A stretch of DNA of 64,000 bases from a bacterium. GTDB taxonomy: Bacteria; Patescibacteriota; Minisyncoccia; Phycocordibacterales; UBA12445. Below, one piece after another: positions 55,074-64,000 of this stretch. The translations under genes were made by a program, and so were the position numbers. The notes beneath the pieces were generated by a model. That model saw only the letters and a program-made list of their open reading frames with translations. It searched no databases and was not told the origin of the DNA. The stretch is taken from assembly GCA_030648005.1 (NCBI GenBank), contig JAUSIP010000001.1, positions 6,662 to 70,661 of the forward strand. The letters are read 5' to 3'. How positions within the stretch are numbered: the first letter of the stretch is position 1; every line of letters starts with the position of its first letter.

Positions 55074-56483
55074 CTATCTTTGGTAGTGTGTTGAATTTTT
55101 AAATTCCCAGTTACCGACCGAGCAAGAACCGTCCTGATGCTCGATCTGTAATTCACTTGCACTTGTAAGTTGTACTATAATTCTACCGCTCGTTATTCCT
55201 CGCTCATTATTCCTGTACTGATGATTTCCATCATTGTCATAGCAATAAGTAGAACCCGGCACAACTTCATTAAATTTTCTATTTATATTTCCCAATGAAT
55301 TAGCTGTAAATATCCATTTGGTCGGCTGAGAAACAAACATTCCACTTGTTGATATAACAGATTCACCAGAGAACCTATTGTTCAATCCAAAGTGGAGTAA
55401 TTTACCCCAGTCGGCGGGCCTCATTGGAGACGCGTTTCCAATAAACCAATCGCCCTGTAAAGTCCCGGTAATATCATGTTCAACAGTTCCACAATTACCC
55501 TTTGCTGTTGGTTCAAGTTTTGCCAAAAGCTGTTCTCTAAGTGGAGAAGAAAAATAATTATAAGGACAAGTTGAGTGTTTTGTCAGAAAGCCGTGTCTCG
55601 ATGGACTTATAAAAGAATGCGTGACGCGTAAATCCCATGTGCCAAAATTGAAATTCCCCTGCATCCTACCCACGGTGCCAAGCGGTGTTCCCTCTACTAT
55701 TTTATTCAAAACCATTACAGGACAATTGTTACTACCCGGCGAATCACTTGAATTCGGACATTTATATTCATCAACAATCTTCTTCAGTACTGGCGAAAAA
55801 CCCTTGATGTGATCAACGACACCAAACACGTCCTTGCAAAACGCATATTTAATTGTGTGATCTTCGGGATCCTGAGTAGCTCCATATCTTGGGGTTATCA
55901 AAATAATCCACATATCTCCGGGTGCTACAAGCGGTGTCGTTTGAGTTGTTCCTTGACCATTAACTGCTATGTAAGTATCCGAACTAATACTTGCGAGAGT
56001 ATGTTCTGGAGGGTTTGCTGATCCGATAGGCTCAATACCCACTATAGAGTCAAGAGGAACGGGGGATGTCTTCATCAATACATTTTCACAATCAGGAAGC
56101 AGAGCTCGCTCTTCGTCAGAAAGAATCTCCCACCCCAGACGCTTTTTTATCAGATCCTCGGGCTTATTGCTAAACCCGTGGTTTACCCAATTTACAATAT
56201 CCTCCACTCTAACTTCTTTTTTGTTACCAGAATCTTGCGGTGTTTGATTTATCGGGGCAACTTTTGGAAGTTCCGCTACGCCAATATCTTGCCGGGGAAC
56301 TTCTTTCTCACTCTCTTTCTCACTCTCAGTCGCTACTTTCACTACAGGCTTATCTGTATCTAATTTCTTAATCTCTTTTACTCCGTGATTCGAATATAAA
56401 TATCCACTGGCAATTAAAAATACGGTAACAAAACTAATAATAATGACAGGGGCAAACCCTCTTTTATAACAAATTATTTTCAT
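55074..56483 (-). CDS. secreted/anchored hypothetical protein
   Basis: 469 aa with an N-terminal TM/signal anchor. Confidence 0.5.
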   Translation of the reverse strand: MKIICYKRGFAPVIIISFVTVFLIASGYLYSNHGVKEIKKLDTDKPVVKVATESEKESEKEVPRQDIGVAELPKVAPINQTPQDSGNKKEVRVEDIVNWVNHGFSNKPEDLIKKRLGWEILSDEERALLPDCENVLMKTSPVPLDSIVGIEPIGSANPPEHTLASISSDTYIAVNGQGTTQTTPLVAPGDMWIILITPRYGATQDPEDHTIKYAFCKDVFGVVDHIKGFSPVLKKIVDEYKCPNSSDSPGSNNCPVMVLNKIVEGTPLGTVGRMQGNFNFGTWDLRVTHSFISPSRHGFLTKHSTCPYNYFSSPLREQLLAKLEPTAKGNCGTVEHDITGTLQGDWFIGNASPMRPADWGKLLHFGLNNRFSGESVISTSGMFVSQPTKWIFTANSLGNINRKFNEVVPGSTYCYDNDGNHQYRNNERGITSGRIIVQLTSASELQIEHQDGSCSVGNWEFKNSTHYQR

Positions 56484-56799
56484 ATGAATATACTATCATG
56501 AAGTAAACTTGCAACCGGCCTCATTATCCACAAATTAAATAGCGAAACATTAGTGAGAATAATCATTTTTTGTTACTCTTCTAATTATGCTAAACGGCCA
56601 AAAAATTCTTGTCTACGCGCCGTTTGATAGCGAGATCTCTGATATTAGTTCACGGGAAGATTTCGGTTATGATGTTTAGCTTACTGTATAGAGAACTCAT
56701 ATAGTCCTTGTTGGATAAAATTGTTATAATATTCTCTTGTTCGAGGAGCCAGAAAAACGCCGCGAGATTCCAGAATGAAAATGGTGTAGAATAATAACT

Positions 56800-57291
56800 G
56801 TGACTATCAACAATGCATTCAAACTTATCATTGCCATTGCGGTTTCCGAGCTGGCCGGTATCATCGGTTCGGTGTTTACGATTCCGTCCGTTGCCGGTTG
56901 GTACGCCGGGATTGTAAAGCCGGCTCTCAATCCACCGGCGTGGGTGTTCGGGCCGGTCTGGACGACACTATTCGCGCTTATGGGTATCGCGGCGTTCCTG
57001 ATCTGTTCCTCCTACGCTGAAGCTTCGGCGGATAAAAAGAAAGGGATTAAGGTGGCGTTGATATTGTTTGGCATCCAGCTGGTGCTCAACACGCTATGGT
57101 CGATTATCTTTTTCGGCCTGCACAGCCCAGGCGGCGCGCTTGTTGAGATCATATTCCTTTGGCTCGCTATCCTCGCTACAATCATTGCCTTCGCGAAGAT
57201 CTCAAGACCGGCGGCATGGCTTCTGGTGCCCTACATTCTTTGGGTCAGTTTCGCAATGTATCTGAATTATGCGATCTGGTCGTTGAATTGA
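56800..57291 (+). CDS. tspO: TspO/MBR tryptophan-rich sensory protein
   Basis: Five TM helices, GWYAGIVKPALNPPAWVFGPVWTTLF. Confidence 0.8.
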   Translation: MTINNAFKLIIAIAVSELAGIIGSVFTIPSVAGWYAGIVKPALNPPAWVFGPVWTTLFALMGIAAFLICSSYAEASADKKKGIKVALILFGIQLVLNTLWSIIFFGLHSPGGALVEIIFLWLAILATIIAFAKISRPAAWLLVPYILWVSFAMYLNYAIWSLN

Positions 57292-57684
57292 ACAGGGAGA
57301 AAATATTGAAGGAGTACTGGTGGCTGGTCCCATTTACCGAGAAATTCCTACCCAAGTATCTTTACTATCCAACCCACAAATGTTAGCTTGTGGACGGAAG
57401 ACGGCGTACTGCGATTGCAGTTGTCATAAGAAAGAAAAAGAATTACAAACAGAAAGTAACAAAGGAGGAGAATAAAGATGTCTAGCGGTATGGCCAGAAG
57501 CGGCCGGAGAACTTCGAGCCTTCAAGCGAGCACTTCAGCTAAGAGCGGGTATTACCGCCGCTCAGCTTGAGATGGCTCTGCAATTGGCAGAAGTAGAATT
57601 TAAAAGATTGAAAAATTCAAAGTAGAGATATTTTTGTACAGCCACCCAAAATAGGGTGGCTTTTTTCTTTTATTTAAAATTATC

Positions 57685-57936
57685 TCACCGATGAGTACAC
57701 CCGGCCCAACAGCAAGGCCGGCGCATTCCGCCCTTAAGTTTTGACATCGCTTTCTCGATACGGATATTCCTAGTCTCCTCTTTCTTGCCGGACGTAACCC
57801 AGCATATCCATTCGTTGCGAGCGAGCGGGGTGATATCTTCCCATACTTCCAGCGCCCTAGGTGTTGCTATGAGAGCCTCGCGTAAATCCGCCGGTAGTCT
57901 ATGTACTGTGCCGGAGGCGACACCTTTTTTAATCAT
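57685..57936 (-). CDS. YdeI/OmdA-domain protein
   Basis: LREALIATPRALEVWEDITPLARNEWICWV. Confidence 0.55.
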   Translation of the reverse strand: MIKKGVASGTVHRLPADLREALIATPRALEVWEDITPLARNEWICWVTSGKKEETRNIRIEKAMSKLKGGMRRPCCWAGCTHR

Positions 57937-57953
57937 AACTTAATTTTACCAGA

Positions 57954-59252
57954 CTATTCCTTCTTTCCAAGCGAAAACCAATCTGTATTACGGGTCATAT
58001 ACATGACTGCGGCCAGGATCATGAAGAGGAAGAGTGAACCGGCAATGAGTGCGTAGTCTTCAAGATGAAGTATGAAGTAGAGATAAGCATAGAGTGTTGT
58101 GAGGAGTGCGAAGATCGGGAAGGCGCGCCGCCTGCTCTTCAGAACAAATGCGCTGTATGATGTTATAAGAAAAGCTATCATAGTAGTCGCCAAGAGATAT
58201 GCGGGCGTGAATCCGATCTGTTCTGTGAGAGAGAGCAGGAGGAGGTAGAAGAGCGCAAGTGCGGAGCCAACGAGAAGATACTGTATAGGATGTACATGTA
58301 CACCAGCGAGTACATCAAAGAGGAAGTAAGCGGCGAAAGTTAGAACGATGAAGAGAATTGCATATTTTACTGCGCGTTGAACCATGTCATATGTATCGAT
58401 TCCCGGATGAAGATCTACCCCGGCCGCCGATCCGGCGAATTGCAGGAGATCGAGCTTCTCTCCCTGCCAAGTAGCCGGATACGAGCGACCAAGTGAAGAA
58501 AGATGCCATTCGGAAATGAAACCGTCTTTTGTTATTTCACGAGAGGTCGGGAGGAATTTGCCGACGAATTTAGGATTAGGCCACAATGAAGCAATAGAGA
58601 GACTTGTCTCGGTTCCGAGAGGTGCGATCAAAATCCCCTCACTCCCCTTCAGTTTAAGTTCGAACGAGAACGGGATCTTTGCACTACCGCTAATCGGCAC
58701 AGCGACATGGAGACCGGAGCTGTTCAGCGTTTCAAAGCCGGAACCGGGCTCAAAGGCAAACGAAGTGCCCCTCCAGTTGAGATCAAATTGTCTCTCGATA
58801 CCGCGCGTGTCAGTGATCTCAACCGCAAGCGTTGCATTATAAATACCACGGGAAGTAAGCGAGCGCATGTCATCCGGTGAGAATTCGCCCGAAACCTTGA
58901 CCTTACTCACGTAGACGACCGACTTGAAAATGCCTCGCGAACGTACTTCTGGCTCAAGAACCGTCTCGTAGTTTAAGATTGCAGGAAGGACGTAGGCCTT
59001 CTCAAGGTAGCTTGACGTGCCTCGCACAACTGATACTTCGGCAATAAGCATTGGGCCGACTATCGTCTGACGTTCACCCCAGCCCTGTGCGATCTCACTC
59101 TTGGCTTCGTCCGCCCTGTGTTGCCGCTCTTCTACGAGCCCCATCACAAGAAGACTCGCCACAAAACAGGCTACGCCGATAATACCGATAGCTAATACTT
59201 TTATTGATATAGTGTCAGTCATAATGTTTCTATAACTTACGCTCCCACTCAC
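57954..59252 (-). CDS. creD: CreD-family inner membrane protein
   Basis: N-terminal TM helix, large periplasmic region, C-terminal multi-TM block. Confidence 0.65.
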   Translation of the reverse strand: MSGSVSYRNIMTDTISIKVLAIGIIGVACFVASLLVMGLVEERQHRADEAKSEIAQGWGERQTIVGPMLIAEVSVVRGTSSYLEKAYVLPAILNYETVLEPEVRSRGIFKSVVYVSKVKVSGEFSPDDMRSLTSRGIYNATLAVEITDTRGIERQFDLNWRGTSFAFEPGSGFETLNSSGLHVAVPISGSAKIPFSFELKLKGSEGILIAPLGTETSLSIASLWPNPKFVGKFLPTSREITKDGFISEWHLSSLGRSYPATWQGEKLDLLQFAGSAAGVDLHPGIDTYDMVQRAVKYAILFIVLTFAAYFLFDVLAGVHVHPIQYLLVGSALALFYLLLLSLTEQIGFTPAYLLATTMIAFLITSYSAFVLKSRRRAFPIFALLTTLYAYLYFILHLEDYALIAGSLFLFMILAAVMYMTRNTDWFSLGKKE

Positions 59253-59312
59253 AGGTTACAGAGCAAATAAAGAAACCGCCTATTGGCGGTTATTTTTCCG
59301 CCAGCTGGCGGA

Positions 59313-59636
59313 TTACACCTCCTTCTTCTTATAGAAAGTTACTTCCACTTTAAACCTTTTATCTTTAGGGTGATTATTAACGAAATAGGCAGCCACTTTT
59401 TCTACAAAATCTTTTCCATATTTATTGGCCAGATAAAGACAGTGATACAAATCTTCTCCCGAGGCGGTTCCAATCTTTTCAAATTCCGAAGTTTGTTCCT
59501 GATTTAGAAGTATGATTTGTCGTTCCTCCAGCAACTTTCCATTCTTTTCTTTCTTCATCAGAAGACCTTTTACATTCTCCTTAAAAGAAGTTATTTGATG
59601 CCTAGAAACGACATCTAGACTTGCCTTGCTTTTCAT
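59313..59636 (-). CDS. hypothetical protein
   Basis: 107-aa ORF. Confidence 0.4.
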   Translation of the reverse strand: MKSKASLDVVSRHQITSFKENVKGLLMKKEKNGKLLEERQIILLNQEQTSEFEKIGTASGEDLYHCLYLANKYGKDFVEKVAAYFVNNHPKDKRFKVEVTFYKKKEV

Positions 59637-59758
59637 AACACCCCCTTTTTTCTCCCCTTATCCTATTCTAAATATCCGATAAAAGCTAGCGCGGAATCAA
59701 ACAGGATATAAAAAAACCGCTCTTTCGAGCGGGGTGAGTTACAACGAATACCTTCTTT

Positions 59759-60616
59759 CTAGAACAGTTCCCATGCGGTAGGATGTTCTTGGATCTTTCT
59801 CATGGCCTTAAACTGGATCTGTCTGACTCTCTCACGACACACACCGAGCATCTTGCCAATAGTGTCAAGTGTTCTTGGTTTATTATCTTCCAGACCAAAC
59901 CGGAGATCGATCACCATCTTCTCTATTTTAGAGAGGATCTTAAGGATAAGAGACCTGAACTGCTCACGAGCCACCTTCTTGATCGCCTGATCTTCCGGAG
60001 AAGGACGGTCGTCGGACAGCACAGCTCTCAAGGATGCGTTATCAGTATTATCATTCGCAGATCCTGAAGACATTAGCCTATCCAACGAAACCGGATCTCG
60101 ATCGAGATTCTCCATCTCGATCTCACGAACATCGTCGACTGTCATTCCCAGCTCTCTCGCAATAACCTCAGGTGTTTGATCTAGCCCATTATTCATCTTT
60201 CTCCATTCCTCCTTATACATGAAGACCTTAGAAACCTGATCGCTCTTGTAGACGGGAAGTGTTATTGTCCTAGATCCGGTAGCTATTGCTCTGCGGACCG
60301 CCTGTTTGATCCACCAAGTTGCATAGGTCGAGAACCTAAGACCACGGGCCCAGTCAAACTTCTTGACCGCCCTCATGAGGCCCATATTACCCTCCTGAAT
60401 AAGATCAAGGAAGGACAGGCTCTTAGAATTTTTGATCTGTTTCTTGTATTTTTTGGCGACCGAGATCACCAGTCGAAGATTCGCCCTGATCAACGATGCC
60501 TTAGCCTGTTCGTCACCTTCCGCGGTCTTCCGCGCCAACTCTCGCTCCTCATCTGAAGACACCAGACGATGCTGGCCTATCGCCACCATATAACCCACTG
60601 TTTCAATGTCCACCAT
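59759..60616 (-). CDS. RNA polymerase sigma-70 family factor (primary-like, compact)
   Basis: Region 2 FSTYATWWIKQAVRRAI, region 4 LGVCRERVRQIQFKAMRKI. Confidence 0.85.
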   Translation of the reverse strand: MVDIETVGYMVAIGQHRLVSSDEERELARKTAEGDEQAKASLIRANLRLVISVAKKYKKQIKNSKSLSFLDLIQEGNMGLMRAVKKFDWARGLRFSTYATWWIKQAVRRAIATGSRTITLPVYKSDQVSKVFMYKEEWRKMNNGLDQTPEVIARELGMTVDDVREIEMENLDRDPVSLDRLMSSGSANDNTDNASLRAVLSDDRPSPEDQAIKKVAREQFRSLILKILSKIEKMVIDLRFGLEDNKPRTLDTIGKMLGVCRERVRQIQFKAMRKIQEHPTAWELF

Positions 60617-60717
60617 AGACTTATCGCCTCCTATTATTATCTTATATCACATACAGTCTATCTGTCAAGTCTTACTGAAACCTTGATTTTTTGATTAATT
60701 TATGGTAATATTGAAAT

Positions 60718-60951
60718 ATGAGGAGAAACGCAGCAGAACTCAATATAAGCCAGGCAGAGATGCCTCTTGCTGACTTTCTCGAATCCTACAACAAAAATAT
60801 GCCAGCTAGCTTCCCGCGCGCGACTACAAGTTTGCTCAAGAAATTTCAAGAAGCCCATGCCGTACTTTTCCGCCACGGAGACTCTTGGTCTCTTGATCAG
60901 CATCGTAAGAAGCTGATGGACTGGCTACCGAGGAACATTAAGACGCTCTAA
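60718..60951 (+). CDS. hypothetical protein
   Basis: 77-aa ORF. Confidence 0.3.
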   Translation: MRRNAAELNISQAEMPLADFLESYNKNMPASFPRATTSLLKKFQEAHAVLFRHGDSWSLDQHRKKLMDWLPRNIKTL

Positions 60952-60973
60952 ACAATTGGTGTATAATTAAACC

Positions 60974-62047
60974 GTGAGGAAACTTAGAGAATCACTCGAG
61001 GAGAATTATCGCCGTATCTCTACGGCTGCCATACTAATCGCTTTCATAATCGACAGCGTCACCCTTGTTCGTGTTGATCTCTATTTGACCAATCTGCTTT
61101 TGCTTGTCTATCTTGCCATTGTCGGAGTCGGCATAGTAATTATAAATCTGTATGAAGACGGCCGGACGCGCTTCATCTCCGAAGATGCTTACCAATGGCT
61201 CTTCATCGCCATGCAGTTCTCCTTCGGAGGACTCTTCGGTCGATTCTTGATCTACTACAGCAGAAGTGGTTCGCTTTTGACTAGCTGGCCTTTCCTACTC
61301 CTACTGGCCGGTCTACTTATTGGTAATGAATTCTCAAAAAAATATTATACCCGCCTTGTCTTACAGATCAGCTTCTTCTTCCTGGCTCTCTTCTCCTATC
61401 TGATATTCTTAATTCCGGTTCTTGTTGGCCGTATGGGAGGAGATATATTCATACTTTCCGGCTATATCAGTCTACTGTGTATCCTGTCTTTCTTGTATCT
61501 TCTTTCAAAAACCGCCCCGAAGAGGGTGAACTCCGACAGTCACTCTTTATACTGGAGTATTGGTGCCATATTCTTCCTGATGAATCTATTCTACTTTACC
61601 AATATTATACCTCCGATACCCCTATCGCTCCGTGAAGCCGGCGTCTACCACAAGGTCATCCCAGGCAGTACGGGATATCTAGTAACACATGAAGATTCTG
61701 CTCGACTGTCATTTCTAATGCCGTACGAAATGATACACATAAAAGCCGGTGGTACACTCTCCGCCTACTCTGCAATCTTCGCCCCAACCAACTTCGATAC
61801 GTCTATCGTCCACAACTGGCAATTTTATAATCCCTCTACCGAACAGTGGGAAAGTCGCAGTAAGATCACATTGCCAATAGTCGGCGGGCGTGACAACGGC
61901 TATCGAGGATATTCTATTAAGACAAATCTAACCGCCGGGTACTGGCGCGTAAATATGGAGACACTACGAGGACAATCAATAGGCGCAACGAAGTTCAAGG
62001 TCGAGTACGTCGACAAGGAACCACACTTGACATCATCTACTATTTAA
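60974..62047 (+). CDS. hypothetical polytopic membrane protein with C-terminal extracytoplasmic domain
   Basis: At least 6 TM helices. Confidence 0.5.
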   Translation: MRKLRESLEENYRRISTAAILIAFIIDSVTLVRVDLYLTNLLLLVYLAIVGVGIVIINLYEDGRTRFISEDAYQWLFIAMQFSFGGLFGRFLIYYSRSGSLLTSWPFLLLLAGLLIGNEFSKKYYTRLVLQISFFFLALFSYLIFLIPVLVGRMGGDIFILSGYISLLCILSFLYLLSKTAPKRVNSDSHSLYWSIGAIFFLMNLFYFTNIIPPIPLSLREAGVYHKVIPGSTGYLVTHEDSARLSFLMPYEMIHIKAGGTLSAYSAIFAPTNFDTSIVHNWQFYNPSTEQWESRSKITLPIVGGRDNGYRGYSIKTNLTAGYWRVNMETLRGQSIGATKFKVEYVDKEPHLTSSTI

Positions 62048-62115
62048 TGCTAATTTTCTATGTGGAATCTCGTCCATTGACTGTATCCGCCAGCTGGCGG
62101 AGGGAGGATATCTAA

Positions 62116-62397
62116 ATGCCAACACGTGTATGTCCGGCATGCGGGAATCGATCAAAAGAGGTCAATCATCCGGCCGGAATGACTGAATATTCAGCCGCGA
62201 CCGGTTTTATTCCTGTGTCTGTCGAAGGTGGAAGTACGGTCTGGCTTTGCGCCATATGCGCTTCGATCGTTCGGCGCTTCGCCGAGTCTATAGTGGAAAT
62301 CGTAGGAGAGGAGAAGATCCGTTTTTCCGATCTGCTGAAGCCGAAGGAGGAAGTAGATGGAAGCCAAGAAAATAGTGCCTGTGTCAGTCAATCCTGA
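62116..62397 (+). CDS. zinc-ribbon hypothetical protein
   Basis: CPACGN...CAIC. Confidence 0.35.
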   Translation: MPTRVCPACGNRSKEVNHPAGMTEYSAATGFIPVSVEGGSTVWLCAICASIVRRFAESIVEIVGEEKIRFSDLLKPKEEVDGSQENSACVSQS

Positions 62398-62674
62398 CAG
62401 CGAACACTCGCACAAGTTCCACGGCAAGATCGTCTTCACCTGGGCAGGCAGAAGTGTCAACAAGATCTTGTCTCTCTTTATTGAGAGGGTCTGGACACAA
62501 GTAAACAGCAGCGACTTCTGCACAATGCAGAGGGTCAACGACAAAGAAGTAGAGCTATGGGTGTGCGCTAAGAACATCAAACTTGTCCATAAGGTTCTGA
62601 ACGAGGCGCTTGAAAGCTTGAAGACCCCCATCGAGAAATGTAGCGAGAAGCTTGTTGTGTCCAAAGAGGGGTAA
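62357..62674 (+). CDS. hypothetical protein
   Basis: Overlaps the upstream ORF; followed by a terminator. Confidence 0.35.
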   Translation: MEAKKIVPVSVNPDSEHSHKFHGKIVFTWAGRSVNKILSLFIERVWTQVNSSDFCTMQRVNDKEVELWVCAKNIKLVHKVLNEALESLKTPIEKCSEKLVVSKEG

Positions 62675-62698
62675 CTAATCAGCAAAAACGAGCCACGC

Positions 62699-62725
62699 GC
62701 GCCCCGAACCTCGGGGCGCTTTTTT
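62699..62725 (+). terminator. rho-independent terminator
   Basis: GCGCCCCGA/TCGGGGCGC stem plus T6. Confidence 0.8.
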
Positions 62726-62762
62726 ATTAGCACAATTGACACTGATTTAAAAAGATCTATAC

Positions 62763-63392
62763 TTGACAATAGAGAGAATATTGATTTTTTCACAACCAGA
62801 CTGGAGACAAGAGATGGGCGAGCAGAAGTGTGTACGTAAAACATGGATCCTTCTTGGATATCTCAGTGGGGTGGCTAGATTCGAGGTAAGCTGTATGGAT
62901 ATCAATAAAGTTCTCGAAGAGAATCCTGAACTTATTCTAAATTACAACGCACTACTATACTTCCACTTCTTTGAGAAGCTCTTCATAAAGATTATTCCCG
63001 AGGGTGAGACTGAAGAGATAAACATGGAATCAATGGGCGAAAGCTATAAGGCCTCTCCGCAATACTTCTTCCCAGGACAAGGTAAATTCGTCTTTGTTGA
63101 TAAGCTCAAAACCAAGAATGACGAGCAAAGCATGACTATGCTAAAATACATGCTTGATCATAACCTTGACACCGGCTTCATTGACACTATCATTGGCCAA
63201 ATGTTCAGCTCGGTTCACCTTGCTAAGGGCGATCGCTTTCTAAAAGAATCAGAGATCAAAGACTTCGGACAGAAACAGAAGATTACCGAAAGTGAACCCG
63301 AATCTGAAATTAAGGAAGTCAAAGAGACAAAAGTTGAAGAGCCTACCGAGCCGGAACCAGGGCCACCCATCAAACCGGAAGATCTCAACTGA
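62763..63392 (+). CDS. hypothetical protein with acidic/Pro-rich C-terminus
   Basis: The start may be an internal M. Confidence 0.4.
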   Translation: MTIERILIFSQPDWRQEMGEQKCVRKTWILLGYLSGVARFEVSCMDINKVLEENPELILNYNALLYFHFFEKLFIKIIPEGETEEINMESMGESYKASPQYFFPGQGKFVFVDKLKTKNDEQSMTMLKYMLDHNLDTGFIDTIIGQMFSSVHLAKGDRFLKESEIKDFGQKQKITESEPESEIKEVKETKVEEPTEPEPGPPIKPEDLN

Positions 63393-63405
63393 TTTATCGC
63401 GATCC

Positions 63406-63430
63406 TCCCGACCTTGTGTCGGGATTTTTT
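63406..63430 (+). terminator. rho-independent terminator
   Basis: TCCCGAC/GTCGGGA stem plus T6. Confidence 0.7.
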
Positions 63431-63436
63431 AAAAAA

Positions 63437-64000
63437 ATGATTAGCAAAAATAAAAATAAAATAATAGTCGTGTGTGGACCTACCGCAACAGGCAAGAGTG
63501 ACCTGGCTGTGGTGCTAGCGAAGAAGTTTGATGGCGAAGTGATATCTGCTGATTCGAGGCAGGTGTATAAAGGCATGGATATTGGGAGTGGTAAAATCAC
63601 CAAGACGGAGATGCAGGAAGTACCACACCACCTGCTCGATGTCATCTCACCTAAGAAAGTCTTTACGGTTGCTGATTATCAGAAGCTGGCGAATGAGGCT
63701 ATTGAAAAAATATTAGCAAAAAATAAACTACCGATTATCTGCGGGGGGACGGGTCTATATATACAATCGATCGTAGATGATCTTATTCTTCCGGAAGTAC
63801 CGCCAGATCTAGGACTAAGAAAAGAACTTAAAAAAAAATCTGTAGCTGAACTTTTTATAGAATTAAAAAGGTTAGATCCGAAACGCGCCGAGAATATTGA
63901 CAGTAAGAATCCAGTAAGGCTGATCCGGGCGATCGAGATAGCTCGCACGTTAGGTTCTGTGCCTAAATTACAATTTGGTAAAAATAAAAAGTACGAATTC
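63437..64000 (+). CDS. miaA: tRNA dimethylallyltransferase (partial, runs off the window end)
   Basis: VVCGPTATGKSDLAV...ISADSRQVYKGMDIGSGK. Confidence 0.85.
   Translation, partial: MISKNKNKIIVVCGPTATGKSDLAVVLAKKFDGEVISADSRQVYKGMDIGSGKITKTEMQEVPHHLLDVISPKKVFTVADYQKLANEAIEKILAKNKLPIICGGTGLYIQSIVDDLILPEVPPDLGLRKELKKKSVAELFIELKRLDPKRAENIDSKNPVRLIRAIEIARTLGSVPKLQFGKNKKYEF

Noticed and set aside
56700-56730. Sigma-70 -35/-10 promoter upstream of tspO
   Set aside because: Only an extended -10 (TGTTATAAT) is convincing. The candidate -35 has 11-nt spacing. That is too weak to report as a feature.
1-64000. CRISPR array, rRNA genes, integrase/transposase/prophage genes
   Set aside because: There are no regularly spaced direct repeats. 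There are no rRNA-like conserved stretches. No ORF has tyrosine/serine recombinase or DDE transposase motifs. The tRNA-associated repeats are not spacer-repeat arrays.

Overview
This 64-kb window is gene-dense and low-GC. By eye the background is about 40-45% GC, with short GC-richer patches; I did not compute this. Gene content suggests a small-genome bacterium, possibly Candidate Phyla Radiation/Patescibacteria: the S1 protein and ValRS are short, and there is an O-antigen-ligase/TPR membrane protein and many small hypothetical proteins. The lineage call is an inference only.

The core genes form a syntenic housekeeping backbone: gyrA (partial), pth, lepB, hisS, rpsU, ybeY, ftsA, ftsZ, a UDP-sugar dehydrogenase, a DEAD-box helicase, trhO, tsaD, valS, prsW, hsp20, lepA, murJ, a sigma-70 factor and miaA (partial). 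I read seven tRNA genes by hand: Ser-CGA, Glu-TTC, Val-GAC, Phe-GAA, Arg-CCT, Gly-CCC and Asn-GTT.

The most notable finding is a GC-rich three-gene operon on the minus strand at 20070..22413, directly downstream of tRNA-Ser. It encodes an E2-like protein, a ThiF/MoeB-type E1-like enzyme and a small ubiquitin-like beta-grasp protein. The E2-like protein carries an HPxIN-x5-C signature with exactly UBC spacing plus a 330-aa N-terminal region of unknown function. The genes are translationally coupled by an ATGA overlap and the operon ends in a strong terminator. I read it as a horizontally acquired ubiquitin-like conjugation (Bub/Bil-type) module, probably of a defensive or regulatory kind.

Five of the seven tRNA genes sit inside a recurring composite repeat architecture. 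Downstream there is a covarying hairpin with a CTGC tetraloop, an inverted copy of the tRNA T-arm/3' end, and a direct orphan copy of the tRNA 3' end. Upstream of two of them there are orphan tRNA 5' halves interrupted by a miniature inverted-repeat element (ends GTCCCGAT...GTCGGGAC), together with a conserved roughly 120-nt structured element (GAGGTGAGG ... GGTGTACUG-hairpin). A two-gene HAD/SET-domain cassette lies between tRNA-Asn and its orphan 3' end.

Other repeats and items: a roughly 100-nt conserved 3'-UTR element in four copies, a 45-bp perfect hairpin in two copies, a GC-rich orphan ORF with its own terminator, a RelE/YefM pair, a standalone HslV-like Ntn hydrolase in a three-gene operon, a CHASE2 adenylate cyclase with a FecR-like partner, and a PD-(D/E)XK nuclease. 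I found no CRISPR array, rRNA, integrase or transposase.
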